This document shows positions 46,301 through 55,667 of a stretch of 64,000 bases of DNA, piece by piece. The notes under the pieces were generated by a model, which did not search any database, was not told the origin of the DNA, and worked only from the letters and a program-made list of their open reading frames with translations. The translations under genes and the position numbers were made by a program. Position 1 is the first letter of the stretch, and each line of letters opens with the position of its first letter. This DNA is from a virus, in IMG/VR virus record IMGVR_UViG_3300032308_002092, positions 87,208 through 151,207 of that record. One strand, 5' to 3'.

Positions 46301-47863
46301 ACCTCGGTCACTCTAGCTGGCGGAACCGCTACGGTGGTAACTGATGGTGAGCACGGACTCAACGTGGGCGACTCCTTCCTACTCGAGGGTGTAAGCACCT
46401 CGCCTGCAGTTGATGGCACTTACACCGTAGTCGATACGCTGTCTACAATCAGCTTCACGTTCGCCCTAGCTGGTACTGCTAGCTACGTCGGCGGCGTGGT
46501 GACCAAAGATACCGTCTCAGACGTGACGCGCTACCGCGTAGAGAACATGGGTATGAACAACCTGTTCAGGTACCGCAGGGTCTCTGGACCTAGCCCTAAG
46601 TTCGTGGACTTCGGAGTAGCAGTAGACGACTACGTGCTGATCTCTGGAAAGACTTTCTTGTCCCAGAATACCGGTAGGTTCCGAGTGCGAGCAGTCGCCA
46701 ACGACCACATCGTGGTAGAGAACTCTACTGGCACAGAGCAAATCAGCGGAGTTACTCCGTTCAACGAAGAAGAACTCTCTGCTACTTGGACTGGTGCAGC
46801 TACTACCGTCACGGGTACTAGATCTGCTCTACGCAGGGTAACAGTCGGAAGCTGGATCAAGAAGCAAGAAGACCCAGATACCTACTACGTACAGGTCGCT
46901 ACTATTACCGGCAGCACTGGACCTAGCGATCCCGTTACAATCACGTTGGCCCAACCATACCCAGGTCTAAGTGGAACCGCCAAGGGCGTTCTGCTGGAGC
47001 AGGACACTGGCGCAGAAGCCGGTGTTCCACTTCTATCCATCGGCGACATCCAAGTGCTCGAGGGTGATGCAGCGTTCTCTGGCGACTCCGTAGTCGTGGA
47101 GAATATCGTCAACCCGAACTGGTTCAACACCAGCAACTCTGGAGTCAGGGAGATTACCGCAGTAGGATCTACACTAACCGACCACACCCAGTTCCTACGT
47201 GTAACCAACGCTGGCGGTATCGCTGAGACCAACCGTCTGATGTCAGTGCAGCTAGATGGTCTCTATATCCTAGAGGACTCCGACTTCACTTACGAGACAA
47301 ACCGCTACGTACACCACGCTGCCATCAGCTCCTCCAACTCAAGTCAGAGGACCGTGTACACCAAGCCATCTGACCGCATCTACAAGTTGAGCGACCTGTA
47401 TCAGACCGCTGTATCCGTAGAGGGCAAGATGGGCATGGACGTTGGTGTAACCACTGGTGTCGACGGCTACACCTACTACACTGGCTTGATGCGCACGGTG
47501 CAAAGGATCATCGACGGCTTCGAGCCAGATCCATCCAACTACCCAGGTAGACGAGCAGTGGGATCGATCATCGAGACCTTGCCGCCACTCATTAGATCTG
47601 TGTCGTTGTCACTCAACGTAACCACGAGAGACGGTGTGAACTTGACGGATATCACTAACGACATCAAGTCTGCGGTTATAACCTACGTGAGCTCGCTCGG
47701 TGTTGGTGAAGACGTGATACTCTCTGAGATCATCGCTAGGGTCATGGCTATATCTGGAGTCGCGGCGGTAACGTTCACGAACCCAGTTCCGTCAACCGAG
47801 AGGATTGCTATCGCAGATGACGCCAAGGCGTTCGTCGCGCCAGAATCAATCAGCGTATCGTAA
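40343..47863 (+). CDS. Giant baseplate J-like wedge protein (2506 aa)
   Basis: N-terminal GSVLLTLLEA..LDSRAADYGLTRK..GADAESDDDLRERI; C-terminal YVSSLGVGEDVILSEII. Confidence 0.85.
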   Translation: MAVELKTYNEILGQLVRKIIADTSVNDLATGSVLLTLLEAVAANDFDNSTSILSVLETLNIDAIRNQDLDSRAADYGLTRKPSQRATGFIQISDSAITKRATSLYAVKPPPIAGSSIIYVNNAAGWSPTGTLFIGRGTQQFEGPVSYTSIVNNGSFYTITLGSALQKDHLISDSVIDSQGNADRLIPAGTEVSIPANNQSPEIKFSTLRDAVLASGEDTVGNIGIVAQAAGVRSNASINTIVAFVNAPFATAAVTNTSVLSDGADAESDDDLRERIKSYASTLARGTRDAILSAILNVSDPDDGKQVASAVITEPAEIGDPSIVYIDDGSGFQPSYEGQPLDTLLGSATGNEEFLQLANFPLPRPQVVNAAEGPYQLSDGMKLRVKIDITEEEVTFSSSQFLNIAAATLQEVVVAINDQAINFRARLTDNSARLLLSPVDDKVELIQVPALREGELLSTYANNIFRFPTNEYSYIKLYRNNTLLRSTLRSATITTAAFSSWTITGPGNLILQVDGTPAQNVSFTTLDFGGNPFASLDINDWVTAFNAKYAGITASATSSGRVTFISNRDGAASSITAIGGSYITQVFGTNVVSDVGQDSDFVLNRQTGNLQLKFKPDVGDTIVAGNTDAKGFFSSSESGTGTFNLSSDPQSRASQLVISVDGSTDVRQGVSFSQGNTITIQDMGSGVMRVIGNTLASFAAAQLGDYLWITNRGDVGGGGAWAAVSSSGIYKILRKGDHLTAGTDTWVEVYNDSIVAGGPYSVQDTADVAVFESKTYPQIWSASTLPTPAAATLQSIVDSIAKEVTNIKTSVFKTSTVKTSSSTEEGGSIGLPVSTGRGTNIFAKTLVEQLGNPTHTATKISDRDLFGNPRMGSESSAFLNRTVYKELVGSLDAGATPGIDGVDPYSELLSINASTLNTSSVELDDILMLGKANNSRHFRSIKELQPTNDIGTQHQLPKTILDHASGDEVLISRPVSIASDDSAVFVLDRDLVTKTINVNFWRSGKVNTQYSASVTAFSADDYDNEPGVNFGSPAVWSKTLTGAEFKDYGVLMRSRNWYRTGGAANAAGATMILRSKEYGRAGDRFRFKLEYPTIPNQSTIVSHSNLPNYSIVTATLGSDSVKNAGIIGGTTFKVTSPAADIYRYTFDQAYVDLTPLVPNDVVSIQPSSGVSAANRGVFNVQAFNVPGRWIEVYNPTGAITSVGQPEISYITATVDVVGTPQVTDVVCTAEGAGAGNIGNSEYFTLFDDVGMVVFWYDINNSGAVAPVVPLASRYVEISTVISADTDAAVASKTAAVVNSDLKFSATASTNTVTVTNLFNGTVALGVAGPNTGFAVNLVTAGTANASVGGKYFTLADKDGSVAVWFNVYSESEPPHGADRSIQVVIAPGDSANTVATKTAAQINADSQYASSASGALITITDAFNGARTNIAVGTSGFTIPVSPVRQDGIDDGVETITVASLFQFFSLAENDCQTVCDVISTSQLINAVPVGNAGALFQKATRQETYTYGGNSTALAFDHDPNPLNLKHDFVTFWDGYSFVKTYANTNPQFVLKKDLVLPGVVPSIYNMASVPNPDTTDVGEIFRLVPKTVANVKHHMSHKALSQLPLVADVDTAGNYRRIQVKSKKLGTDGAVEMVGGRANAASFELIGDGQLATQSGTNYAELRVSAYPSSISVGDYVKIKNALPAKRLSRLVSSDKVNVVNTASGVFEYRLMPKLTNSGQYVPWTITDTSGSYSLPAGTVWRWTHAQAGSTCSITAVANGAVLTGPADYQDDSTPDAANLHVVSYTNGTASTKANFVLTLSSYPVSGDFFLFQTQGGSPVIFAVWFDVTGSDPTPTGVAFAGATHQIAVDVSGASTADGAIALMQAALAGNVNFVANFTSVQTSATTLTNVNAGDLLAARPTAAYSSGNFLDRWSNGNLVRAAGDGKVSGLPIIAVNAASRYVDVLNPWGKAMSADYTDSSGVIDFLPAAAIKWNLSNRARVRVTSVTLAGGTATVVTDGEHGLNVGDSFLLEGVSTSPAVDGTYTVVDTLSTISFTFALAGTASYVGGVVTKDTVSDVTRYRVENMGMNNLFRYRRVSGPSPKFVDFGVAVDDYVLISGKTFLSQNTGRFRVRAVANDHIVVENSTGTEQISGVTPFNEEELSATWTGAATTVTGTRSALRRVTVGSWIKKQEDPDTYYVQVATITGSTGPSDPVTITLAQPYPGLSGTAKGVLLEQDTGAEAGVPLLSIGDIQVLEGDAAFSGDSVVVENIVNPNWFNTSNSGVREITAVGSTLTDHTQFLRVTNAGGIAETNRLMSVQLDGLYILEDSDFTYETNRYVHHAAISSSNSSQRTVYTKPSDRIYKLSDLYQTAVSVEGKMGMDVGVTTGVDGYTYYTGLMRTVQRIIDGFEPDPSNYPGRRAVGSIIETLPPLIRSVSLSLNVTTRDGVNLTDITNDIKSAVITYVSSLGVGEDVILSEIIARVMAISGVAAVTFTNPVPSTERIAIADDAKAFVAPESISVS

Positions 47864-47871
47864 GGTGAACC

Positions 47872-49974
47872 ATGACCACTAGATCAGCAAGCAAGCTACA
47901 CAGTCAGCTGAACCCTTACTTCAAGAGTAAGCTGAACAAGAACTGGAGCGCGTTGGTAGAGGCTATCGGCGACATGGACGAGGAGACCGCTACTCTAGTA
48001 GAAGAAGTGCGCAAGCAGTTCTTTATTCAGACTGCGGAGAGACCTTACATCGACCGACTTGCTGCGAACCTGAACGTCCAGCGACCAAAGATCGTGGGCA
48101 TGAGCGATACTGATTTCCGTAGGTATGTGCCAGTGATGGCGTATCAGCCCAAGCAGGTCAAGCTCATCATCGACAAACTAGTGGACATCTTCTTTTTCAA
48201 GGAGGCAACTACTGCCTTCGCGCAGTCAGTTGCTTACGAGCCGTACGCGCTAGAAGACAACTGGGAGATCATCTACGACGTAGATGGCTCGATTACCGAG
48301 CAGCTCATCTTCAAGGCAGAGGACTTCACCTCGATCACGAGTGCTACTGCAGAAGAAGTAGCCTCGTCCATCAACCGTCAGGCACAGCACTCCTTTGCCA
48401 TCGTGTTCGACGACCGCATCCAGAAGCGCAAGTACGTCAGGGTCTTCACCGAGACGGTGGGTTCCAAGGGGTCGATAGAAGTCACCGGCGGCAGAGCCAA
48501 CATCGCGCTAGAGTTTACTGGCTCGCTGCAGAACTCTGGTAGCGGAGCTACTACACAGTGGGTTATCACCAAAGTGGGAAGTACCACCACGTTTCAGTGG
48601 GTCGGCGGTGACTCGCCTGGACTCAACTTCGTGCAAGCCGGCGACAACGTCATCATCGACATCCAAGACAACTCGGGCACGTTCGATGTGACTGAGGTCG
48701 ACATCTCCAACAACTCGTTCAGCTTCGAGAACCTGTTCTCTACTCCGACTTCGTTCGACCACGGTCTGACGCCAAACTCCTACGTACGGTTCATCCGTCC
48801 GGTGAAGTCCATCGTGTGGAACCGCAACAACCGAGCTGCGGTGTGGGAAGTCTCACCGGGCGAGGTGATCGTGGAGATCCCAGCTACACCGCCAGTAGTA
48901 AGACGTAATCTGAAGGGCTCTGCTCACCTGAACGGTATCGTGGGCGAGATGGTTGCTAGACCTAGCGACACCTCCCTAGTACTCAGTGACGCCTCAGAGT
49001 GGCCGACTGCGGGTATGTTCGCATTAGAGCCACAACACTCCATCGACGCCCACATCCTCACACCAGGTGCAGACCTTATCACATCGACTACTATCGATGG
49101 TAGGTTCGACATCAGCGAACTGAGGTTCACTTACACCAGTAAGTCGGGCAACAATATCCTCGGTATCTCACCGCCTCTCCCTCGCGCAGCAGAGGTCTCA
49201 GAGATGGCTACCACTTCTGCGACCAGATTCTCCAGCCAGGTCTCTGTGCTGACCATACCTCCACACAAACTGAGGGTAGGTCAAGCCGTAAGGGTCCTAG
49301 ACATGGCAGACGCTACCTTCAACGGTGTATTCACGGTCACCGAGATCGTGAGTCCTACGGTGTTCAAATACAACAACCCAGGCCCAAACGCATCTACTGC
49401 TGGTGGCTACGTCAGAGCGGAGTTCGTGGGTCTGTCTAATGCCGGCAGCAAGGTCTTCCTCACGAGCGCCAAAGTAAACACCGGTATATTGGGTCCTTAC
49501 CTTTGGGACGCAAGCTCTGCCTTCGTACTCTCGTCGTACACAGCAAACACAACTACAGACGTAAGAGCGGGTAACATCGTTCTGAATTTGCAGATCCAGA
49601 CACCCAACAACGTTCCATTCGAGCAAGGCTTCCTGATATTCGACTACGGTCTAGAGACCCAGGAGGGTCCGGTTAGGTATCTGTACAAAGCGTCTGATTC
49701 TATCGTGGCGCTAGACCCTAGCTACGTATTTAGGTTCGATCACCCTCCCAGTAGCTCTATCACTGCGATACGTCGCAAGGGTGGGCATGTGCTGTCTGGG
49801 TTGGGAACTGAGTATCCATTCTATGTTTCTGATCCGGCTGCTGCTAGAGCAGTACTGCAGGGACTCATTGCAGACATAAAATCGGTAGGTGTTTTCTTGC
49901 GGTTTATCGTGCGATACCCTGAGCTCTTCTACGCGACCATAGACACCTACGGAAGCGGGATAGATCCTGGGTAG
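47872..49974 (+). CDS. Baseplate wedge protein (gpI-like, extended)
   Basis: TAERPYIDRLA..GMSDTDFR N-terminus; IKSVGV C-terminus. Confidence 0.7.
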   Translation: MTTRSASKLHSQLNPYFKSKLNKNWSALVEAIGDMDEETATLVEEVRKQFFIQTAERPYIDRLAANLNVQRPKIVGMSDTDFRRYVPVMAYQPKQVKLIIDKLVDIFFFKEATTAFAQSVAYEPYALEDNWEIIYDVDGSITEQLIFKAEDFTSITSATAEEVASSINRQAQHSFAIVFDDRIQKRKYVRVFTETVGSKGSIEVTGGRANIALEFTGSLQNSGSGATTQWVITKVGSTTTFQWVGGDSPGLNFVQAGDNVIIDIQDNSGTFDVTEVDISNNSFSFENLFSTPTSFDHGLTPNSYVRFIRPVKSIVWNRNNRAAVWEVSPGEVIVEIPATPPVVRRNLKGSAHLNGIVGEMVARPSDTSLVLSDASEWPTAGMFALEPQHSIDAHILTPGADLITSTTIDGRFDISELRFTYTSKSGNNILGISPPLPRAAEVSEMATTSATRFSSQVSVLTIPPHKLRVGQAVRVLDMADATFNGVFTVTEIVSPTVFKYNNPGPNASTAGGYVRAEFVGLSNAGSKVFLTSAKVNTGILGPYLWDASSAFVLSSYTANTTTDVRAGNIVLNLQIQTPNNVPFEQGFLIFDYGLETQEGPVRYLYKASDSIVALDPSYVFRFDHPPSSSITAIRRKGGHVLSGLGTEYPFYVSDPAAARAVLQGLIADIKSVGVFLRFIVRYPELFYATIDTYGSGIDPG

Positions 49975-50057
49975 GAGTCACACTTGCTGCGTATAACCTA
50001 TTCGTAGATGGGATATTATATCTATAGATTTGTACCTTACCCTCCAGGAGATAAGTG

Positions 50058-53000
50058 ATGGCCGTTTTAGGAAGAGTCCTCATTGGCTCACAACAACGAG
50101 TTGATTTAACAGACTTTTTGGCGATCGACAGCTATTCTGGTGGGGACTGGAAATACTTTGTACAGTCGCTCACGGCTAACCCACTGGTACTCAAGGGCTT
50201 CGAAGTCATCGACGCACCACTCAGTATCGGTACTACTGGCATCTCTATTAAGGTAGCAGATTCAGTGGTTTACGCGCCAGGCTCTACTGCTGGCTGCTTC
50301 TTCTACGGCTTGCCCGAGGGCAGCGCACTGTCTACGCCTCTGGTACCAGAGCTTCGTGTAAGTGCCACTAACTTTGTCTACCTGACCTTGACTGCAGAGG
50401 GTGTAGCACAGGACTCTAGGGCATTCTGGGACGTTGACTTGAATGGTGGCCAAGGCGGCGAGTTCAACCAAGACGTGAACACAGAATCGGTACTCCGAGC
50501 TCAAATCGGTGTATCTGTGTCTACCTTCCCAGATGGCGCCATCCCATTGTGCAAAGTGACGATGAGTGCTACTGTCATCACCTCTATCGAAGACTGCCGC
50601 GACATGATGTTTCGGCTGGGCAAGGGCGGTGTAAACCCGGACCCCTTCTACAGCTTCGCTTGGAAGAACGAGCCGTCTGCTACATACGCTAGAAACGAGA
50701 CCCCGAACAGCATCATCAGCTCCGCGCAGCCAACACCTTTCGCTGGTGGCGACAAGAACATCGAGACACTGAAAGAGTGGATGGACGCAGTGATGTCCAA
50801 ACTACTCGAGATCAGCGGTACTACCTTCTGGTACGAGAGCACTGGTGGTGCTAGCATCCCCACTATATTCGACGACGCTTTGTCGAGCACCATCAAGTCC
50901 AAGGGTCAGTGGACCCACTCCGGTACTGTACCTGGTTTGGTGACATGGTCCGAAGACATCATCTACAAAAAAGTAAACGACAACCGCGACATCATCATCC
51001 GCGAGAACCCCATCACTGGTGCACAGCTCGCCAACGAGGAAGTGCTCTATCTGAAGATGGAGCGAGACGATGCGATCAACGCCATTAACTCCCCAGTGAG
51101 TTGGGCTTTCGGCTCGGTGTTCGTCAACGGCGTAGCGGGCAACTTCGAGTACCTCCGCAAAGGCGACTGGATCCGTAAGCAGAGCGACGACGCTAGACTC
51201 TACTACCGAGTCGAGGAGCTTTACTCTGCGATTAGCGGTGGTGGTAGCTCAGGCGTAGCCGGCAACGTAGCTCAGAGTATCAGACTCTCTGGGACATATG
51301 CTGGCGTGACTGAAGTCTCTGTGGCGCAGCGCACGAAAGGTGAGTTCCGCCAGTCTCCAGCCGAGTATAGTATCGCAGCAAGAGACGCAGTAGCTTTGAC
51401 TACAGCCGGCGGTGATGCTTACTGGCTCGCACTGCGTAGTGACTCCATACTGAACATCGCTTCTATCGACACCGTTTACTTCGGTGCTACGGTAAATATC
51501 TCTGACTCCGACGGCACTAAGGCCAAGCTTACTTTTCCTTCGGCACACGGGCTTAGTGACGGCGAGCGCATCGTAGTTGCAGGCGCGGGTTCCTACAACG
51601 GAACTCACGCCGTAGAAGTCAGCAGCACCACCGAAGTCTACATCGACACCACTGCAGTAAACAACCCAAGCGGCGTGACCGCTTCGTGGGCGGTAGTCAC
51701 TACCGCAGCTAGAACCAACGGCTACAGTTTCCAACTAGAATCCGCAGACCACGGTTTCTCAACGGGCGAGAGCGTCCAGATCTCTGGCACTGCTACGGCT
51801 TACGACACGTATACCGATATCGCTCCTGGCCTCTACGGCTTGAGTGTAAGGACAAGCACTACGTTCCAGATCCCGTACGACGCCAACACCCCGGACGTGG
51901 GCGCAGTTGGCCAGTCGACGGTAGCTAGGGTAATCCTACGTACCGAGTTCGGTGCCATCAGCGTAGTCCAAGGCGAGTCCGTGGATATCGGCGGCGACAT
52001 TCAGAACGTGATGGACTTCATCGGCATGCAGTCTTTGTCACAGACCTCTCCTGCGTACGCGATCCCAGGGGATGCGGCAGGACAAACTTTGCTTGTTGGT
52101 TCCCAGGACTACAACTCTGGTATCACTGACTCCCTTACTGTTCGCGTCAGTCGCTTGACCGGTATGATGCAGGGTCGAGTGCAAGACCGAGGACTCGCGT
52201 TCAATGGCAGACTCACCGTAAGAAACACGAATCCTACCGATGGTAGTAGCCAGACATTGACCATTACTGGCACACAGTTTCTCTCCAAGCCTGGTTCGCC
52301 AGAGCAGACCATCTCCTACGCTGGTAGCTACAACCTCGCCGCGAATACGGCGCTAGTAGCTACACTCAGTCGCGATGGCAGCTCGGCCATGGTACCTACG
52401 GTAGAGAGTCTAGGTAGTCCGTTCTTACTTGCTGAGAACAAGTTGGTTCTCTACAGTCGTTTCAATACATCGAGTGTATACGCGTGGGACGGTACCGAGA
52501 TATTAGAATCTTCCTCGTATACTGTAGGAGCTCTAGAGGACTCACAGTCGAAGAACCTACTTGTACACGACCAAGCCGGCATGAAGATGGATCCGCTTAC
52601 GGGCGAGTTTGATTTCAACAACACCCTCGCAGACATTACGCTCTTCTTCCCTGGTCCGTCGTCTACATCTAACGTGATCGACACCTCTTCTATCGCGATG
52701 TTGAGCTCTGGACAGCGCACTATACCTAGCGGTAGCTGTTTGTGGGTAAGGGTAAATAGGAGAGTAAGTAAGACCTTCACCACCACTACTACCTCACCTA
52801 CGTATGAGGATACAGACTCTGCTGGTGCTTTGTACATCACCACTCTGGCAGATGTGCCTGCCGACCAAGACGCATTCGTGCTGTTCGTAAACAACGGCGG
52901 CGCGCTACTTGCACCATGGAACACCAACCCAGTGGGCAACGTCTACGAGGAAGACAAGGTCGTGGTCTCAACCCCACCGGCAAATGACAACGAACTCCTC

Positions 53001-55418
53001 GGTCCAGTCACTAGCGGCAGCATCATCACGCTCCCAAGTGACTCACGTAATTTCGACGAAGTGCAGTACTACGTCGTGGGTAGCGGTCAACTAGAGGTAT
53101 ATCTCTCTGGTCAAAGGCTTCTTGCAGGCTCAGACTGGCTCGAAGTTGGCAGCAGCGGAACTCTCTCAAGTCAGATCCAGATCCAGCAGAACCTAGTCGT
53201 TGGTGACATCCTCACCTTCCGCATCGGTACTACTGGCGCAGTATACTTTACGACACAGCCACCAAGCTCGGCTACGCTGCAGACCGCTTACGACAACGGC
53301 AACGTAGTCAATGTCAACACCGGTACTCCGGTTACGATCAACGGCACCAGCGGTAAGCTGCTGGTAGTAAACGGTGACGTAGAGATCACGGGCGTCATTG
53401 ACCCCAAGGGTATCGAGTTCATACGCCAGGGTTCCGATCCACTTGGCTCTGGTTCAGACGGTCTTTGGGTAGATGGTGCTGGTCACTTACAGCAGAAGCG
53501 TGGATCAGACCCCACGCTAGACATAACGGAAGCGATACTAAACCCAAGCTACTTCGTGACTGCGGGCGACGGCCTATCGTGGACTGGCTCGGTACTCGAT
53601 GTTAACACAGACTCTACTTCTGGTATCGCGATCGTAGCAGACGAAGTTACTCTGGTCAAGGACGCAGCTGGTGCCATCACCGGCGACTCTACTACTGGTA
53701 TCAAGGTAAATCTAGAGCCATCCAACGCTTCCTTGGAAGTCAACACCAACCAACTGCGCTTGAAGCGTAGGACTGACTCCGGCTTGGAAGTGGACTCTAA
53801 CGGTGTTGGTATCGATCTAGAGGCTACAAACCCTTCGCTGCAGATCTCATCCAATGAGCTCGGTGTTAAACTAGACGCTGCTGGTGCGATCGTCAAGGGC
53901 GCTGGCGGAGTTGCCGTACAGCTCGAGGCTTCCAACCCATCGTTGCAGATCTCATCCAACCGATTGGGTGCAAAACTGAATCCAAGCGGAGCGATCGTAA
54001 GTGGCGTGAGCGGACTTGGACTACAGATCGACTCCAGTCTGAACATTACTGGCAACACACTCTCGGTCTCCAACGTTGGAACCATCCTCGTTGATTTGAC
54101 CAACAACACTGGTGCTACTGCAGCACCTGGTACACCTATCTCTGCAGACGTCACTACTGGCCAATACATCCTTGCGAACGCTGGTTCACTTGGTTCTGCG
54201 CAACGCTACATCGGTATCGTCTACGCTAGCACCGCCAACACAGCCGTAGGCAAGGTGCAGATCGGTGGTCTAGCTACTGTCCCTGGTGCTTCATTCATTG
54301 TGGGTCAGCCGGTGTACCTGGGCGTGACCCCGGGTACCTTTACTACTACATCGCCTACTGCAACTTCAGCCGCCATCTTGGTGGTTGGTGTCGCAGTAGC
54401 AGTCGATCAGTTCGTGATGAACCAAGACGTCATCGCGGTCAAAGGCAACATCTACGAGGAAACCTACACCGCAGTTGGAACCGTAACTGCCGGTGACCCG
54501 ATCTCGTTACCAGTCGACTCTCGTGACGGCTCTAGCTTCCAGAACTACTTGGTTGGATCTGGTGACCTAGAGGTCTTCCTCAACGGCCAGAAGATGATCG
54601 TGGCCAGCGACTATACCGAAGTAGGTTTGGTCAACACCTTCTCGTCTTCAATTCAGATGACGCAAGATCTAGTTGACGGCGATGCAATATTCTTCCGCGT
54701 GTCACCTACCCAGACCAGCTACGCTGGCGGTGGACTCATCGACGTCATGACTTCGTCTGGTGACTTACTCTACCGCAACGTAAGCAACGTGACCACCAGA
54801 CTCCCAGCTGGAACTACGGGTCAAGTACTCCAGGTCACTGCACCGGGTGTAGTAGCTTGGGCTGCGAACCCAGCAGGCTTCTCGGACCCGATGACCACGG
54901 CTGGTGATTTCATCTACAAGAACTCCGGCGGCACGACCACTAGGTTACCGCTAGGTACGATAGGCCAGGTACTCTCGGTAACTGGTGCAGGTACTGCGGC
55001 ATGGTCTAGTCCAGCTGCGGTGGCGCAAGAGATCCTACTCGAGAACAACTCGGGCTCTACGATCGCTACGTTCACCCCAGTCAGAGCCGACACCAACGGC
55101 GACATGGATGTAGTCGATGTTGCAGTAGAAGCAGAGTCGCTGGCCATCGTAGGTATCACCAAGACCAGCGTGCCAGACGCCACTACGGGTGCTATGGTTA
55201 CTAGTGGTCGCTTGGAGAACGTTACTGGGACCTTCGTGTTTGGTGAAGTCATCTACGTTTCCAAGACTGGCGGTCTGACCAGCACCAAGCCAGATATCGG
55301 CGTGGATGGATTCTTGGCGGGCGATTGGGTTATTAAGCTAGGGGTTGTCACGAAGAACCAAGTCAACCCACTGAACAAAGATCTCATCATCCAGATCCAG
55401 CTCATGGGGCAGCTATAG
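50058..55418 (+). CDS. Large tail fibre / baseplate-attached fibre protein
   Basis: ~1786 aa, Gly/Thr/Ser-rich modular repeats (LEVYLSGQ, TTRLPxGTxGQVL). Confidence 0.75.
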   Translation: MAVLGRVLIGSQQRVDLTDFLAIDSYSGGDWKYFVQSLTANPLVLKGFEVIDAPLSIGTTGISIKVADSVVYAPGSTAGCFFYGLPEGSALSTPLVPELRVSATNFVYLTLTAEGVAQDSRAFWDVDLNGGQGGEFNQDVNTESVLRAQIGVSVSTFPDGAIPLCKVTMSATVITSIEDCRDMMFRLGKGGVNPDPFYSFAWKNEPSATYARNETPNSIISSAQPTPFAGGDKNIETLKEWMDAVMSKLLEISGTTFWYESTGGASIPTIFDDALSSTIKSKGQWTHSGTVPGLVTWSEDIIYKKVNDNRDIIIRENPITGAQLANEEVLYLKMERDDAINAINSPVSWAFGSVFVNGVAGNFEYLRKGDWIRKQSDDARLYYRVEELYSAISGGGSSGVAGNVAQSIRLSGTYAGVTEVSVAQRTKGEFRQSPAEYSIAARDAVALTTAGGDAYWLALRSDSILNIASIDTVYFGATVNISDSDGTKAKLTFPSAHGLSDGERIVVAGAGSYNGTHAVEVSSTTEVYIDTTAVNNPSGVTASWAVVTTAARTNGYSFQLESADHGFSTGESVQISGTATAYDTYTDIAPGLYGLSVRTSTTFQIPYDANTPDVGAVGQSTVARVILRTEFGAISVVQGESVDIGGDIQNVMDFIGMQSLSQTSPAYAIPGDAAGQTLLVGSQDYNSGITDSLTVRVSRLTGMMQGRVQDRGLAFNGRLTVRNTNPTDGSSQTLTITGTQFLSKPGSPEQTISYAGSYNLAANTALVATLSRDGSSAMVPTVESLGSPFLLAENKLVLYSRFNTSSVYAWDGTEILESSSYTVGALEDSQSKNLLVHDQAGMKMDPLTGEFDFNNTLADITLFFPGPSSTSNVIDTSSIAMLSSGQRTIPSGSCLWVRVNRRVSKTFTTTTTSPTYEDTDSAGALYITTLADVPADQDAFVLFVNNGGALLAPWNTNPVGNVYEEDKVVVSTPPANDNELLGPVTSGSIITLPSDSRNFDEVQYYVVGSGQLEVYLSGQRLLAGSDWLEVGSSGTLSSQIQIQQNLVVGDILTFRIGTTGAVYFTTQPPSSATLQTAYDNGNVVNVNTGTPVTINGTSGKLLVVNGDVEITGVIDPKGIEFIRQGSDPLGSGSDGLWVDGAGHLQQKRGSDPTLDITEAILNPSYFVTAGDGLSWTGSVLDVNTDSTSGIAIVADEVTLVKDAAGAITGDSTTGIKVNLEPSNASLEVNTNQLRLKRRTDSGLEVDSNGVGIDLEATNPSLQISSNELGVKLDAAGAIVKGAGGVAVQLEASNPSLQISSNRLGAKLNPSGAIVSGVSGLGLQIDSSLNITGNTLSVSNVGTILVDLTNNTGATAAPGTPISADVTTGQYILANAGSLGSAQRYIGIVYASTANTAVGKVQIGGLATVPGASFIVGQPVYLGVTPGTFTTTSPTATSAAILVVGVAVAVDQFVMNQDVIAVKGNIYEETYTAVGTVTAGDPISLPVDSRDGSSFQNYLVGSGDLEVFLNGQKMIVASDYTEVGLVNTFSSSIQMTQDLVDGDAIFFRVSPTQTSYAGGGLIDVMTSSGDLLYRNVSNVTTRLPAGTTGQVLQVTAPGVVAWAANPAGFSDPMTTAGDFIYKNSGGTTTRLPLGTIGQVLSVTGAGTAAWSSPAAVAQEILLENNSGSTIATFTPVRADTNGDMDVVDVAVEAESLAIVGITKTSVPDATTGAMVTSGRLENVTGTFVFGEVIYVSKTGGLTSTKPDIGVDGFLAGDWVIKLGVVTKNQVNPLNKDLIIQIQLMGQL

Positions 55419-55459
55419 TATAAGGTTTAGGTCTGCCCACTACATAAAAGGAGTCAACC

Positions 55460-55663
55460 ATGGCAACCAAACGTAAAGCCAACCTAGAAGCCATGAGCCC
55501 AGAGGCCGTCGACAACCTCGCCGAGCAGGCAGGTATTAAGATCAATGAAATCCTCCAGAAAGCAAAGCGCGACTGCGACAAGCTACTGAGCAAGATGGGG
55601 CTTGAGCTTGACCTAGGGTATGAGTTAAAATCTAAGAGTGAGGATCACAAACCCAAGGAGTAA
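55460..55663 (+). CDS. Small hypothetical protein (fibre chaperone?)
   Basis: SD AAGGAG. Confidence 0.6.
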   Translation: MATKRKANLEAMSPEAVDNLAEQAGIKINEILQKAKRDCDKLLSKMGLELDLGYELKSKSEDHKPKE

Positions 55664-55667
55664 ATAG

